Below are positions 13,958 through 27,989 of a stretch of 64,000 bases of DNA, piece after piece; position 1 is the first letter of the stretch, and each line of letters opens with the position of its first letter. Source of the DNA: Octopus vulgaris (Eukaryota); contig OX597824.1 of the NCBI GenBank assembly GCA_951406725.2, positions 51,150,001 through 51,214,000 on the forward strand. The letters are read 5' to 3'. Under the pieces are notes generated by a model. The model had not been told where the DNA came from, made no database searches, and saw nothing but the letters and a program-made list of their open reading frames with translations. Position numbers and translations under genes: made by a program.

Positions 13958-13993
<36 letters not shown>

Positions 13994-14040
13994 CGCATAC
14001 ACATACATATATATATATATAAATATATATATACACACAC

Positions 14041-14071
<31 letters not shown>

Positions 14072-14072
14072 T

Positions 14073-14128
<56 letters not shown>

Positions 14129-14222
14129 ATATATATACATACATATATACACACACATATATATATATCAACAATTGAGGGTAAAGTTAATTACCCTCAA
14201 TTGTTGATATATATATATATAT
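11760..14222. repeat. Long compound (TA)/(CA) low-complexity tract
   Basis: Direct reading; source of many spurious YI/HT ORFs. Confidence 0.95.
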
Positions 14223-14521
14223 ACAAAATGGGACAAGAACGCAAAACATCCGGACAACTAGGTGATACAAAAAGGGACAACAAAACATCCAGATAGACGA
14301 TACAAAAAAACAAGGACGGGTCATTCGAAGCTTCCTATCCTCAGTCAAGAACCGGATCATCCTGGCAATTTCGGCTGATTAATCTTGAGATTGCTCCGAT
14401 CTGGCCAACCCCAAGGAAAAACTAAGCCTAGAGCATTAGATTCCTTGGAAGAAAGCATCGAATGTATACCAAAACAAGGACGGAAAACAGACGATGTTAC
14501 ACAAATATTAATACAAAATAC

Positions 14522-14595
<74 letters not shown>

Positions 14596-14754
14596 CAGGT
14601 GTCCTTCGACTGGAAAGAATTGAATTCAGCTGGCGTGTGTGGAAATGAAGCCTTACGGCAGAGATACAAAACTTTCACAAACACAGAGAAGAATATCGAT
14701 GTGGCAGTGACCACAGTCAGATGCAAAAAGAAGGCTAGCAGTCTGACCTATCGG

Positions 14755-14757
<3 letters not shown>
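14223..14757 (-). mobile_element. Interspersed repeat (probable PLE pseudo-LTR derivative), same family as 38890-39448
   Basis: Reverse complement matches 39190-39448 and 39060-39110 (GCCGTAAGGC..TTCCACACACGCCAGCT); both ends in (TA)n. Confidence 0.8.
14338..14410 (-). ncRNA. Candidate non-circularly permuted hammerhead ribozyme
   Basis: Minus: GGTTGG CCAGATC gga GCAAT-C-TCAAGA ttaa TCAGCC-GAAA-TTGC caggat GATCCGG t TCTTGA-CTGAGGA. Confidence 0.65.
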
Positions 14758-14801
<44 letters not shown>

Positions 14802-15222
14802 AGGGGCAGGCAACAGGTTGCTTGGCCGCATACCGAAAAAATTAGAAATAGCAGTCATAGACTGTTTATATCTATTTTCTACAAATGGGACTCCACATAC
14901 GACATATCCCTGTAATTCACATATGCAAAACAAGGAATAAATAACGAAAACAAAGTATAACGGTCATTTGCGAACATGTTTCTAGATTAGAAATATAATG
15001 AATATATATTTCATATCTTTCATCAGCGCAACTCTCCATTAAAATAGATTTATCAAATGCTACGTACCTCGACCTTCTGACCAGGCGACATCAAAAGAGT
15101 GGAAGAAAGCGAGCATAAGCTAAACCTAAATAGACAGTTGAATTCGTAAATTTTCCCTCCAAATTTTTACCATGCGCATTACAAAAATAGTTCCGTTTAT
15201 TGGGAGTTACATGTATAGATCA

Positions 15223-15379
15223 AAACTGTTTGGTTCAGACTCGTTGGTACTCTGAGTTTCAAGCGTGTGACTAATCTTCGGCTTTTGGGGTCTGACCTCT
15301 CATTCAGACGCCAACAATGGCCGAAGACCAGCAACAAGCTTGGAACTCAGAGCACCAATGAGTCTATTTCAAACTGTTT
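15223..15379. repeat. Fold-back (MITE-like) hairpin
   Basis: AGACTCGTTGGTACTCTGAGTTTCAAGC / GCTTGGAACTCAGAGCACCAATGAGTCT, with inner TCTTCGGC/GCCGAAGA and GTCTGA/TCAGAC. Confidence 0.8.
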
Positions 15380-15398
15380 AAATCTCTCTCACTCTCTA

Positions 15399-15463
<65 letters not shown>

Positions 15464-16195
15464 GTGTGCGTGGTGCGTATGTGTGTATGTTTGTGTATAT
15501 GTATATATATATATATATATACATATGTATATACATATATATGCATATATGTATGTAAATATATATGTGTATATATATCTATATTTATATACATATGTAT
15601 ATACATATATATAATATATGTATATATATATATGTATATGTATATATACATATATAGTATATAAGTGTATGTATATATGTATGTATGCATAGATGAGTGT
15701 GTGCGTGAATCTGCATGTTTGTGCCTCTTTATGTGTGTGCGCAATATTTTGTTTGGCTGTGCATGTACACATACGTATGCATTTATGTTTAAATATTTAG
15801 ATTGCACAAACCTTCCCACATAAAATAATTAAGGAATTAATCAATAATTAATTCATGATGCACGTAGTTCGTTACAAAAATACCAGGGCTAATGCAAAAG
15901 AAAAAACAATTACGATTTTCCTATAAGTTACATCCCATGATTTGTCCTAATATCCCGTACACTCTCGAGTAGCTTCGTGTATTCTCACTTAAAGGGGAGA
16001 CGAGTGCCAGAGTTTCCATGTTTCCATGTGATAGATTTGATAAATTTAGAAAAAATTTTTTTTTTACCTGCATGAAACCAATGGTAGCCTTGTTAACCCA
16101 CAAATAAGGACTTTGGATGTTTCATTAGACTAAAAATTCTCGAAGGTAGTGTTCTAGTATGGCTTCAGTGTAATGACTGAGACAAATAAAAGATG

Positions 16196-16249
<54 letters not shown>

Positions 16250-17800
16250 CATATATATATACCATATATATATATATACATACACACACACATGCACATA
16301 GATATGTGCATGTGTGTGTGTGTGGTAGTGGTGCGTGAGTGTGCGCGCATTATTTAATCTTTGCATATTTTCTTCACAAGATGCATTATGTTTCATTCTG
16401 GAGAATATATAAAACGGCTCTATAATAGACATTCTTTATAGGAAGATAGAATCATAATAATTACCGTTAGAAAAGTTTATTGAAAAGGATAATAGATAGA
16501 AAGGGAGAAAAAGGGGGAAAGAGAAAAAGGAATAGACAGAAGGCAATCGAAGAAAGAGAGTTACTAGGGACATAAAGTATTGCAAGAGTGAAATTTCAAA
16601 TGAAGCTGATTTTATGTGAGAAGTATAGAGATGGAGAGGTGGACAAAGGAAGAAGGAAAGAAACTAAGTTCTGTAAACGGGAGAGGATGTAGAAAATGAC
16701 GAAGGAAAATAAAGAAGCAAAAGAGAATAGAGGAAAAAGAAGAAAATATCTTTAGGGACAATAGCTGAAATATATGAAAATGTTTAAGCATTAGTGGCAA
16801 ATTGTTAGTAGTACATTAGAGAAGAAAGGTCGTTGACTAAATAAATATACTAATGGTTGTAACAATAAAAATAGTGAAAATATTAACAGGAAAATTTATA
16901 AAATTTATGGAGATCTAGCTTTTATGAGAGTATAAACACGTTAATCGGTGTAATTAGAAAAAATCCTTTGAAGTGTTGGCGCTGAATAGAAGAGGACTAT
17001 ACGCATATATAATCATATAGGTTAGAAAGGAAAACAATCAAAATTATGTTAAAAGTAGATTTCAGAGTTAATTAATAAACAGCTGCATATAAGTTGCAAT
17101 AAATAATAGAATGGAAATCACTTGCAAGAGAGGTTGGACAAAATATTAGAGGTATGGATAATTTTTCAAAATGATACAGGTGATGTAAATAAGAATGAAA
17201 ATAAAAATACTGAGTATATTAGTATCTTTGGTTAGAATAAGGGAAGAAGGGAGGAGAGAATGGTAAAGTAGGTAGGCGAAGAGAAAAAGGAAAAGTTTTA
17301 ATGATAGGATAATAGTGTGAGTGAGAAAAATTCTAATTATATGAATACATTTTGAGGAAAAGTTAAACTGAAGTATATTTTTAAAGGGAATTTAAAATTT
17401 AATAAAATATTCAAAGAAAAACAGAAAAATGAAAATAAGTTTACAGCATAATAAGATACATATAATTTTAAAATTTAATGAGAATAAGTTCAATAAATTC
17501 AATTAAATTAAACAAGAGCTAGCTAAACTTTCTATGGCGCATAAATTAGAGTTTCTTGTTACTGCTGTACGAAATAGCTTTCGAAACCGCGCGCCATATA
17601 AGTGGTTGGCATTTCTCTCTTTTGACTTAGCAAATATATTTAAAGAGTAACGTTCCAGTTTTCTATTTGGGTCAGTAAATGTGTAGGAGTATTTTTTATA
17701 GCATAATTTAAATGGACTACAAGTTAATTCTATATAAATGTGATTGACCAACTGGCGAAACATTGTATGGATAATTTTAACACTTTCTAAGCATTTAGAG

Positions 17801-20670
17801 CATAGCTTCCTAAAGTGGGCGATTTCAATTAAGAGGTGAGTGATGGGTGAATTTTAGAAAATGGTGGGCGATTTGAGATTTTGGTTGGCTATATATTAAC
17901 ATTTTGTGGGTGACAATGAATTTTTAGAAATTAAGTCTGCATTTACTTGTATCTACGCATGCCTAGAATAAGGATGCATTTTATCGATTTGACTACTTGT
18001 ATGAGACGTCATTTGTATTAAAAAAGCGGACTTGTTTATCAATCGAATATTTTGTCGCACTCATTGGGATGGTTATCACGTGTACTAAAAGTAGCAGCCA
18101 AATAGGCCTAGGCCTTAAATCACACTCTTACAACATTTTTTTTTTTTTTTTGCATAATCGTATGAAGTCTCGCGCATAGAATTCAAATTCGCAAACTTTT
18201 TTGAAAAGTCTGGAAAATGAAAAGTTTTGAGCGGTTATATGTCGTGCGTAATTCTGTGGTTTCGTATCAAAACACATCAGGATGTTCACAAAATGTGCAG
18301 TCACGCACAAAATGACAGCTTTGAAATTGTGTTTATTGACTGGGTGAAAATGGTCAAACTTTAAACCTCTATAACTTTTTAAAAACATTTTTCTGGAAAA
18401 AATTGAATAACTCCAGCAATTTAGCTTGGAAATGGTACATTAATGTGCTAAATTTTAAAATTTTCGATAAACTTTAATTTTTGAAATGCTGGCAGCCAAA
18501 CGAACTAGATCCGTATTTGCTCCAGTAAAGACGTGTCATCCGACTCTGCTCTATTGACTTCTCTTTGGAAATACCATAATGCCTTTCTGACACCGTCTGT
18601 AGAAATTCGTTTTCACATTTTCACTTTACTGATGCTTCCAGTCAAGAAAATTTGTCGACGGTACAGTAGTGATTATTTATCATTTGGATTTATTCCCTCT
18701 TCTCAGAACTGTCAGTTACCAATGTGCCTTCTTTGCCATCAAACATTGACCAACGAAACAATGAAACCTTCACGCTTGAAGTATCACTTTGAAGCAAAGC
18801 GTTCTGACAAGAAGGACAAGCCAGTATCATACATTTTGTAACTGAGATCTTCTTTCAAAAAGCAAATGCAAACATTCAATACGTGTTGCTAAGTCTGAGA
18901 AGTCTCACACAACTGGAGAAACATTACTTCGCCCAGTTATCGAAGAGATTTTGTCAACCGTTATGCACGAAAACCTGGACAACATTAAGAAAAAGATCCA
19001 ACTTAGTAATAACACAATTTCTCGACGCTTCGATGAAATGGTCAACGATGTCAAACATCAGCTCATTAATATTCTCCAGTGTTCTGAATTTTCTAACAAG
19101 TGGATGAGTCAACTGTTGTGGACAATCAATGTTTGATGATAGTGTGTGTTCGGTATTTCAGCGAAGACCTTCAACCTTGTGAGGAAATGCCGTTCATAGA
19201 GAAATTGCCGCTTGATTCATATGGTACAACTATTTTTCAAACTCTCAAGTCTTTCCTTTTCGAACATAATATTCCACTCGGTAATATTCATGCCTGTGCA
19301 TCTGATGGAGCTCCTTCGATGATAGGAAAATACAGAGGGTTTTCATCTCTCCTAAAGCGTGAAATTTTCCACCAGATACTAACTGTTCATTGCTTGGCAG
19401 ACCGGTAACATTTAGTGGCAAAAAATATGAACAGTAGATTGAATGATGCGCTACAGTTAGTCATCAAGACTGTGATCAAATTGATGTCCAGTCCCTTGTC
19501 TGATCAAATTTTCCGTCAACTCTGTCTGAGAAATGATGAGGACCATACTAAACTCTTATACCATACGGAAGTGCGGTGGCTGTCAAAAGGAAATTATGTT
19601 TTACGCTTTGTTGAACTGTTTTATAGAATCATATCTTTCTTTGAAGATACTCCACTATCCGTTTCATTGATGGCTGCAAGGTGCGATATCCTTTTCTTTA
19701 TGTTATATTCACAAAATTAAATGATTTGAATAAGCTATTGCAAGGAAATAGAAAAACTCCCGTTGATTGTAAATCATTTATCACTACCTTCATTTCGATA
19801 TTGGTGTTGTATAAGACTAACAAATCAAAACGCCAATTCCATCAATTTCCACAACTTGATTCTTTGAAAGATGAATTGGTTGATGAGGATTTAACTAGAT
19901 ATTGTAACTATTTCCAATCATTGCACGATAACATGGTGGTATAGCACTCTGTTTGCGGTCGATGCAGTCTATTGCGAGGATGACGTTCAGAAGGAATTGA
20001 TAGAATTACAAAAGGACAATTATGCCACAATGCGATATCGCCGTAATGGCATAGAAGGTTTGTGGTACCATCAGAGTATATTGAATTCCTACCCCAATCT
20101 GTGGAAACAATTGAAATTACTTTTGCTTGCTTTCCCTACCTTATACCTAGTTGAATCTAGTTTTAACCATGTTGGAACTTTACTTTCCCACAACGAGGAG
20201 ACTGAAACTAAAGTGGACAAGTTTGTAACCAAATATATCTGCACTAGCTGCATCACACCAGACACATGGTTCTTATTAAAAAGTGTTATTCTTTTCCTTT
20301 ATAATACAATCATTAACTATTTTTGCATCGTTAGTTCTGATCAATGGTTCATTTGGGGAAAAGGAAAATCAGTGTAAAAGAAAGCGCCAGTTTCCAGAGG
20401 TTAATCTGTCTGCATAATATGGAGTTAACGTTAGAATTTTATCCACACTAATAGCAAAACTAAACCCACAGTAAGGGATTTGTAAACAACCGCATATTTA
20501 GTCCAGATGGCACTAACAGGGAAGTGATACAAGGGGAGGGTTCCTAAAGGATTTTGTGTTGGTGGGGGGAGTTGTGTCCAGAGTTTCTTTACATAGGTGG
20601 GCGATGGAGCAGTTTTTGGGTGATAGGTGGGCGATATTGCAATCTGGCGCGAACAGTTTGGGAAGCACTG
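17801..20670 (+). mobile_element. hAT transposon, Buster/Charlie type, decayed
   Basis: TIRs CATAGCTTCCTAAAGTG / CAGTTTGGGAAGCACTG; 8-bp TSD ATTTAGAG (17793-17800) / GTTTAGAG (20671-20678) with central TA; GGTGGGCGAT subterminal repeats. Confidence 0.9.
18631..20200 (+). pseudogene. Buster-type (ZBED5/ZBED8/SCAND3-like) transposase, multiply frameshifted
   Basis: BED finger YLSFGF..PMCLLC..MKPSRLKYH; LSNNTISRR; DEST; SDGAPSMIG; HC; TEVRWLSKG; FPTLYLVESSF. Confidence 0.92.
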
Positions 20671-20678
20671 GTTTAGAG

Positions 20679-21050
20679 TCTAAACTGCAAATGTGAGGGT
20701 TTATGCAATGTCAATTCATGCTCATGCCAAGCTTTTGGTTATAGGTGCTGTTGGATGCAGAGTAGGACTTTTATACACTTGATAAGCTCGGCTCAGTGCA
20801 AAACTGGGTAGAATTAGCTATTTCTATGATATTCTTATAAAAATTGTGTGGTATGTATGCTGTGTGTCAAATGTTTTCTAAGAAAGTTGATGAAGGGTCT
20901 AATCTTTGAATCAACTACGGCTGATGTAAACATGTTATACCATGTAACGTTTATACTTTTTTTAATGTTTCTATGTGTATGAATGTCATGCAGAATCAAT
21001 ATAGCGTATTATACACTTTGAAGTAGTTTCGATCTACTGTTTCATTGAAA
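20679..21050 (-). pseudogene. Very decayed PLE (Naiad-type) linker fragment interrupted by the hAT; probably continues below 17800
   Basis: Minus VTWYNMFTSAVVDSKIRPFINFLRKHLTH resembles IIWFNPPYS..V...IG..FL..I.KHFP. Confidence 0.35.
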
Positions 21051-21469
21051 TATATATTCGTGGAATGATCTGAAAGTTAATGACTGTGATTTAAGGATTT
21101 GAATGGTGGACAGAAGCAAGGAAATCTCGAGCGACAGCTAAAAAGTAAATTTTATTGACGTTAGTTTCATTCCTAATAATTAGTCCGAGTTACTTGAAAG
21201 AACAATGTAGGTATGTTTTTATTCTATCAGTCGCATTTTCCGCATTCTCTCCCTATATGACAGCCAAATAGTGAAAGTATATATGTATATATTCCTTTAA
21301 ATGATTCTGTTTTATATTTGTTTGCTAAGCTCGTAAGTCCGAAACAGATGACATGTTGCCATGAAACTATGTAATAATTATTTATTAATTCTCCTCGATA
21401 TAAGCATTTTGTGTCCGTTGTTTGACAGTGACCACTAGTGATTTCACTAGCACTCAATATGCCAATCTG

Positions 21470-21672
21470 TGTGTGTGTCTGTGTGTTTGACACATACCCG
21501 CCACTTGGCTACCGGTGTTGGATTATTTGCATCCCAATAACATAGCGGTTCGGCAAAACAGATTGATAGAATAAGTACTACAATTAAAAGAACTCCAAGT
21601 TTTGTTTTGACTAAAATCATTTAAGATTTTACTCTAGCATGGCCGCAATCCAATGGCGGAATCAAGTAACAA
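21470..21672 (+). mobile_element. SINE family 1, 3' half
   Basis: TAGCGGTTCGGCAAAA..GATAGAATAAGTAC..CTAGCATGGCCGCA. Confidence 0.75.
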
Positions 21673-22360
21673 ATAAAATATATAAGTGTATGTATGTATG
21701 TATGTATGTATGTATGTATGTATGTATGTATGTATGTATGTATGTATGTATGTATGCATGTATGTATGTATGCATGTGTGTATGTATGTATGCACATATA
21801 TAAATAAACACACACTCATGTGTGTGTGTGTGTGCATTAACAATAAAAACGAAGGAAATATGACAGCGGAAATACTGCAATTAATGTAATGAATAAAAAT
21901 ATTTCTAAAAAATCGAAAAAAATGTAGTCAATATTCTCGTTAAAAGTTTGGGAGGCATAAATATAGCATGTACCCGCATGATTTAAAACCTACCCCATCT
22001 ACCCAGAATAGTGACAACATAGTTAGGGGTACCATTATTCAGCTAGAGTTCATAAGCTTACAATATAATGCTACATAAATAATTACCACCTCCCTTGTAA
22101 TATTTCTCTTCATCTCTTTCGTTGTATGAACATCATTTGTGTTAGCGGTGATTGCAGTTACTGGTATTGTCGTTGTTTTTGTTGGCGATGGTGATGGTGG
22201 TGATGCAGGGGTGCTTGCTGGTGTTGTTGCTTTTGTTTTTGTTGTTCTTGTTATTGTGATACTGTGATCGAGCAAATTGAAAATAAGACATTAGAATGCA
22301 TTTAATGCAGATATCTACTTTGAGTTGCTCTCATTCGCTTTTTTTTGTTGCTGTTTGCTG

Positions 22361-22389
<29 letters not shown>

Positions 22390-22392
<3 letters not shown>

Positions 22393-22455
22393 ATGATGAT
22401 GAAGACGTCGACGACGACGACAGCGACGAGGACGATGATGATGATGATGATGATG

Positions 22456-22512
<57 letters not shown>

Positions 22513-22540
22513 GCGACGACGATGATAATGAAGATGATGC
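22390..22540. repeat. (GAT)n/(GAC)n trinucleotide repeat
   Basis: Direct reading. Confidence 0.95.
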
Positions 22541-23321
22541 CGGCAGTGATGCCGCTGGTGTCTATGGTGTTACTGATATTGTTACTGCATCGCTTGGCGC
22601 TAGTGGTGTCGGTGTTGTTGATGCTGGTGCAGGATTATGATAAAGGGTAAGAGGAAAAGGAAAAGGGGGAAGAGAAGGAGGAGAAGAAAAAGTTGACCGA
22701 GGTGGATTGTTTGCCATCTATGATATTGGGGATGTCGAAAGTGATGACATCCTTTCGGTTTTTGTTCTGCTTGAACATGAATAAATCGCCATTCGTAGGA
22801 AATATTTTGTCGAAGAAAGAATTTTAGGGAATTGTATGTTGGAGAGGAAAAATAGAAAGAAGCGGCTAAGCGACTAGTAGCATTTTCGGTTGTGAAATAT
22901 ATTTGGGTGACGAAACAGAGACAGGCGAAATTGCCGAATGAGCTACGCTAGAAATGCTGCATAACAAACTAGACAAGACAAATATGGGTCGTTGCAAATA
23001 ATAGGGAGATAAAGAGAAAAGTGTGCATTAATGTGCCAAAGGTTGTTGTGTGATAGTAGACTTAAGTCTTTATCAAAATAGATTATACGTCTTTTGGATG
23101 CCCTCAAGACATTTGTATATGTCGAGCTATATTAGCTCGATGCATATATTAGCTCGATGCATGTATTGCGGTGATAGAGCAATCTTAATGGAGAAGTGGT
23201 GGCTGGGAAGATTCTGATGGTTCATATGTTGATAGTGACTATTTTTGTAATGGCTGAAAAAGCTTGACTGCAATTAGAGATAAGCAAGAGCTCGACGAGT
23301 GCCTTTCGTATGGGAATAGTA

Positions 23322-23520
23322 CAGCCAACAAGCTGGCAGATTCGTTAGCAAGCCGGGCAAAATGCTTAGCGGCATTTCATCCGTCTTTACCATTCTGAAT
23401 TCAAATTCCACCGAGATCACTTTTGCCTTTCATCCCTTCGGGATTGATAAAGAAAGTACCAGTTGAATACTGGGGTCGATATAACCGACTATCCTCCTTA
23501 ACCCGAAATTGCTGACCTTT
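23322..23520 (+). mobile_element. SINE family 3
   Basis: AGCTGGCAGATTCGTTAGC...TTCAAATTCC...GCCTTTCATCCCTTCGGG..GATAAA..AGTACCAG; related copies at 28282-28460 (+), 28495-28640 (-), 45880-46070 (-), 59480-59700 (-). Confidence 0.8.
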
Positions 23521-23649
23521 GAAATCAATGTTATATGAGGTCTGTTGATAGGTAAATGTTAATCTAGATGGTGTACATGGCTTAGTCCCATTATTGTACT
23601 GATACAAAACAGCTACATACGAACCACTTAAAAGATTTAGCATCATGTC

Positions 23650-24130
23650 TTTGTATGAGGGATGACAAAGGACATCATCAAAAGAATGGTCTCAGTCGCT
23701 TGTTTATCTGCCTCTATGGGATCAAAAGTGAAGTATATATACTTCCAGAAATAGGTAGCTCTGACGAGCTACCTGACATCGAGTCCTCTATGGATGTGTA
23801 CACGGTAACCATGATTTTGGCCTGGTTGGGCGATTCGATAGGAGACAAGGTCAGAAACGGCGTTTGGAGTATTCATATGTCGGTAAAGGATATAAGTACA
23901 GGATAAGAAGAATTGTCGTATTGATTTCTGAAAAACAAAACATTCTGCCAGAAATTTGAAAATGACATGCTGAAGGAGTTCGGGTGCATAGAGATAGTCT
24001 CCCTTAGGATCCTTTTTAACAATTTCCTAGTGAGAGAGTTGCATTGAATAGGAGACCCGATTCTACATAGATGTAGACAGAACATTCCAGAGTGAAGGAA
24101 GAATGAGTTTAAATTGCACAGCGGAGATGA
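23650..24130 (-). pseudogene. Decayed PLE RT-thumb/linker fragment
   Basis: SSP...NSF....CLHLCRIGS and ISMHP...VLISF resemble SHP..NSIPYSQFLRLRRICS and LTYHP...P.ISF. Confidence 0.35.
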
Positions 24131-24202
24131 GTTGGAAATTATACACGCACGCACACAGACACATACATTCCCACCCCATATATGAAGTCGCACATACATA
24201 CC

Positions 24203-24265
<63 letters not shown>

Positions 24266-24441
24266 TATACATACATACATACATTCATACATACATACAT
24301 ACATACATACATACATACATACATACATACATACACACATACACATATATACATGTGTGTGTGTGAGTGGGGTGAATACGCAAACCTGTACAAATGTGTT
24401 TGCTCCTTGCAACTTGATTTTTGTATGCATGGTAATACATA

Positions 24442-25309
24442 CAGGGTGCGGCGAATACACTGTCGTCTAAATTATGCAAAATTATGCACTGACATCTCAT
24501 TTCAACAGAGATATTTACCGAAATTACGTAGAAATATCTTGAAATACTAAAGAGTAAATTTATTTAGTAAAATCGCCATTGGCTTCAACCACGGCCTCCA
24601 GACGACTTCGGAATCTCCTGCAACTCTTCTGGATGGTCTCCTTCTTTAAGTTGGTCAATGCCACCATAATACTTGCCTTCAGTTCATCTTTGCTGTTACA
24701 AGGAATTTTATTGGTCACTCTCCCGACTGTGCCCCAAACATAATAATCAATGGAATTGCGGCCTGAGGACTTAGGTGGCGAGATGTTAGGGGTAATGTGG
24801 TTGCAGAAACTTTCTGACATCCATGACTGGGTTCTCCTGCATGAGTCCTGTTGCGAGACAAAGGGCCTTCCAGAAGCCACCCTCTTGACCCAGGGCAACC
24901 CTAACTCCTCAAGGCACTTGATGTAAGCCTCCGTGTTGAGTCTGAGGCAATGTGGGACGAAGAATGGAAGTATAATGTTGCCATCACTAGTGATCACTCC
25001 AAGCGTCTTGATGTTGACTGAATATTTCATTTTTATCACTTTCGGTACATCTCCTTAGATTGCACTATTCTCAGATTGACACCCAAACACTCTGAAATTT
25101 TCATACTGGAGCTTCGGGCGCGAATGCTATGCAGTACAGCATGTCATTTCCAAATTTCTGGCAGAGTGAATTTCACCATGGTGCTGTTTTTCTCAGAGAT
25201 GTGCCAAACTGACCCTACTATACTGTGAAGCCGACAAAATCAAAAACAAACAATGCACATGCGCGAAATTAAAAATATAAAATGGCGACAATTTACCCAT
25301 TGCATCCTA
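24442..25309 (-). mobile_element. Tc1/mariner-superfamily element (maT/DD37D-like), internally deleted
   Basis: ORF 24560-25039: QQDS, SPPKSSGRNSIDYYVWG (decayed WPP.SPDLNPLDY.VW), FRSRLEAVVEANG; imperfect TIRs CAGGGTGC..TGTCG / CGACA..GCATCCTA flanked by TA. Confidence 0.85.
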
Positions 25310-25339
25310 TATATGTATAGATTTACATACATACATATG

Positions 25340-25515
25340 TAACAAGGAGTAGTCGAAGCAGGGGCAGCTGAAGAAGGGGAATATTCCTTGTGTTGTATGT
25401 CCCGTACTCTGTTTTTTCCTTGTTTGAAAAAGTCCGTTTCCATGGTTTTGTTTTTATATGTTTTTATGTTTTCGTTTCTCATTGTGTTCTACGATTTTTT
25501 GGTGTCCTGTACCCA
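25340..25515 (+). mobile_element. Truncated copy of the 51221-51840 repeat family
   Basis: GGAGTAG...CAG-CTGAAGA-AGGGG, T-rich tail, ends GTCCTGTACCCATA like the reverse complement of 51221-51235. Confidence 0.65.
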
Positions 25516-25942
25516 TATATGCATGTATATATACATATAGATGTAGGTACGTACATATATGTATGTATATATGCATATGTTATTTATTATTTTGTTATCA
25601 TATATATATATATATATATATACATATCTATACATATAAATGTGTATATATATACATATATATGCATATATATGCATATATATACATATGTATATATATA
25701 TGTATATATATATGTATATATATATATGTGTATATACATATGTATATATATATGTATATATATGTATATATATACATATGTATATATATGTATATATATG
25801 TACATATATATACATTTTCATATATACATATGTATGTACATATATACATATGCATGTATATATCTATATATATGTGTATATATATACATATCTCTATATA
25901 TATGTATATACAAATATATACACATATGTACGTATATATGTG

Positions 25943-25974
<32 letters not shown>

Positions 25975-25984
25975 TATATACCCT

Positions 25985-26027
<43 letters not shown>

Positions 26028-26220
26028 TTGTAGGTATGTCTGTAAGTTCAGCAGAGTTAATGCCTATTTCAGTGATCTGCGCGTGCGTATCTGTGTCTTG
26101 TGTGAATGAGTGTGTGTATTTGTGTATGTATCTATTGTATGCTGCATCGTTGAGCTTGCTTGATTAGTTGCGTATCCGTGACCGTATGAATACGGGAGTG
26201 AATGAGTGTATGTGTGAGTG

Positions 26221-26313
<93 letters not shown>

Positions 26314-26672
26314 ATGAGACAAACAACCTTTCACGCTTGGTCACTCAGTAATTTGCTAAGTTCTAAATATTTATAGCCATTTAAAAAAAATTATTGATGT
26401 GTTATCAATTATTCATAACAATTTTTTCTTTGTAAAAGTGACTGAACACTGGAATATATTTGTACAGACAGATACATACACTCTTATGTATGTATGTATG
26501 TATGTATGTATGTATCTATGTATGTATGTATGTATGTATGTATGCATGTATGTATGTATGTATGTATGTTTGTGTGTGTGTGTATATATATATATATAAC
26601 ACATATATATATACATACAATAAACATATATGTATGTATAAATGTATATATGTATGTATATATATATATATA

Positions 26673-26730
<58 letters not shown>

Positions 26731-26809
26731 CATACATATACACATATATGTATATATATACATATATATATATATACACACGTACGTATGCACAGTACAT
26801 TTATATATC

Positions 26810-26851
<42 letters not shown>

Positions 26852-27989
26852 TACATATATATATATGCAGAGACACCATACACATGCATGAATGTATGAG
26901 AGCGTGAATTGTAATTTGATTTATTTTTTTATTACGTCACTTCCTGCTTATCTCATTGTGATATCTTTGTTTTATATTTGTTATATTTTTGTTTTAATTG
27001 TCTTTTATTTTAATATCTTTATTATATATTTTTATTATCTTAAATTTATAATCATAAGGGATTTTTTGTTTTGTTTCGTTTTTCTATTTGCCTGCTTGTC
27101 TGTATATAATCGGAGAGCTTGTGATGTGTCGGCTTTGTGGTGCAGCGAAACCCTTATTCTGAGACGGGGGACCATTGTTACTAAATCCATTACATCATGC
27201 TACCCGTCTAACATTGTAACGTCCACCATCCTCTCCATGCACACAGACAAATCATATGTCCCCACCACCACCACCATCACCACTACTGCTACCGTCACTA
27301 ACGCCACCTTAGCATTAGTAACTTTAACTGAACTACTGCTTCCAACTCACCACCATTTGTCACTAACCTCATCACCGTTCCTACTACTACGACGATGACG
27401 TCGATCACAATGGCCACCACCACCACTGCTACTACTACATCAAATATAACAGCAACAACAACAGCAAGAGCAATTGGTACTACTATTACAGCAACAACAA
27501 TTACTACTACTACAATTGTACTAGCATTAATTTCGCTTGTTACTAGCCCCACCACTACCAATACCGTTATAAACATCTCAACAGTCCCTACCATTCACCT
27601 GTACCATAGTTAACACTAATATCACCATGCTACTGCCACCATCACCCTTACATAATATTAATTAGTGCAACGAATCAACGAAGCAGCCTCTAAGTGGTCC
27701 CATGGTGTGCTAAAAATAGCAATATATCTCTCTGAGATCGTACCCACTGTCTTGCAAACGGACACCTCATCATTTATATAAATCTCCACTCAAATTGCAA
27801 ACTGTCCTTGTAATGACTCTCTCATCTGATTTCCCTGTGGCAATTAAAAGAAACCTTCACCATCATCGTTATTAGTTGTTGCTGTTATTGCTGCTGCTGT
27901 TGTTGTTGTTGTTGGTGCTGTTGTCATTGTCGTCTTCGTTATCGATGTTATTGTTGTTGTTTAACACAGTAGCTTTGCAAGGGAATGTA

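Noticed and set aside
11662-14158. Long [12 protein letters not shown] ORFs here and throughout the window
   Set aside because: Translations of dinucleotide and tetranucleotide microsatellites, open on both strands
14167-14208. Short palindrome ATCAACAATTGAGGGTAA/TTACCCTCAATTGTTGAT
   Set aside because: Real but too short to classify; probably an inverted element tip
16350-16450. Hammerhead-like GAAA-CA...TG on the minus strand
   Set aside because: The CUGANGA and UH positions are both non-canonical
22383-22650. Poly-Asp / poly-Met ORFs
   Set aside because: (GAT)n repeat with no splice or domain support
23752-23775. CTGACGA inside the hairpin AGGTAGCT/AGCTACCT
   Set aside because: No GAAA or stem III partner
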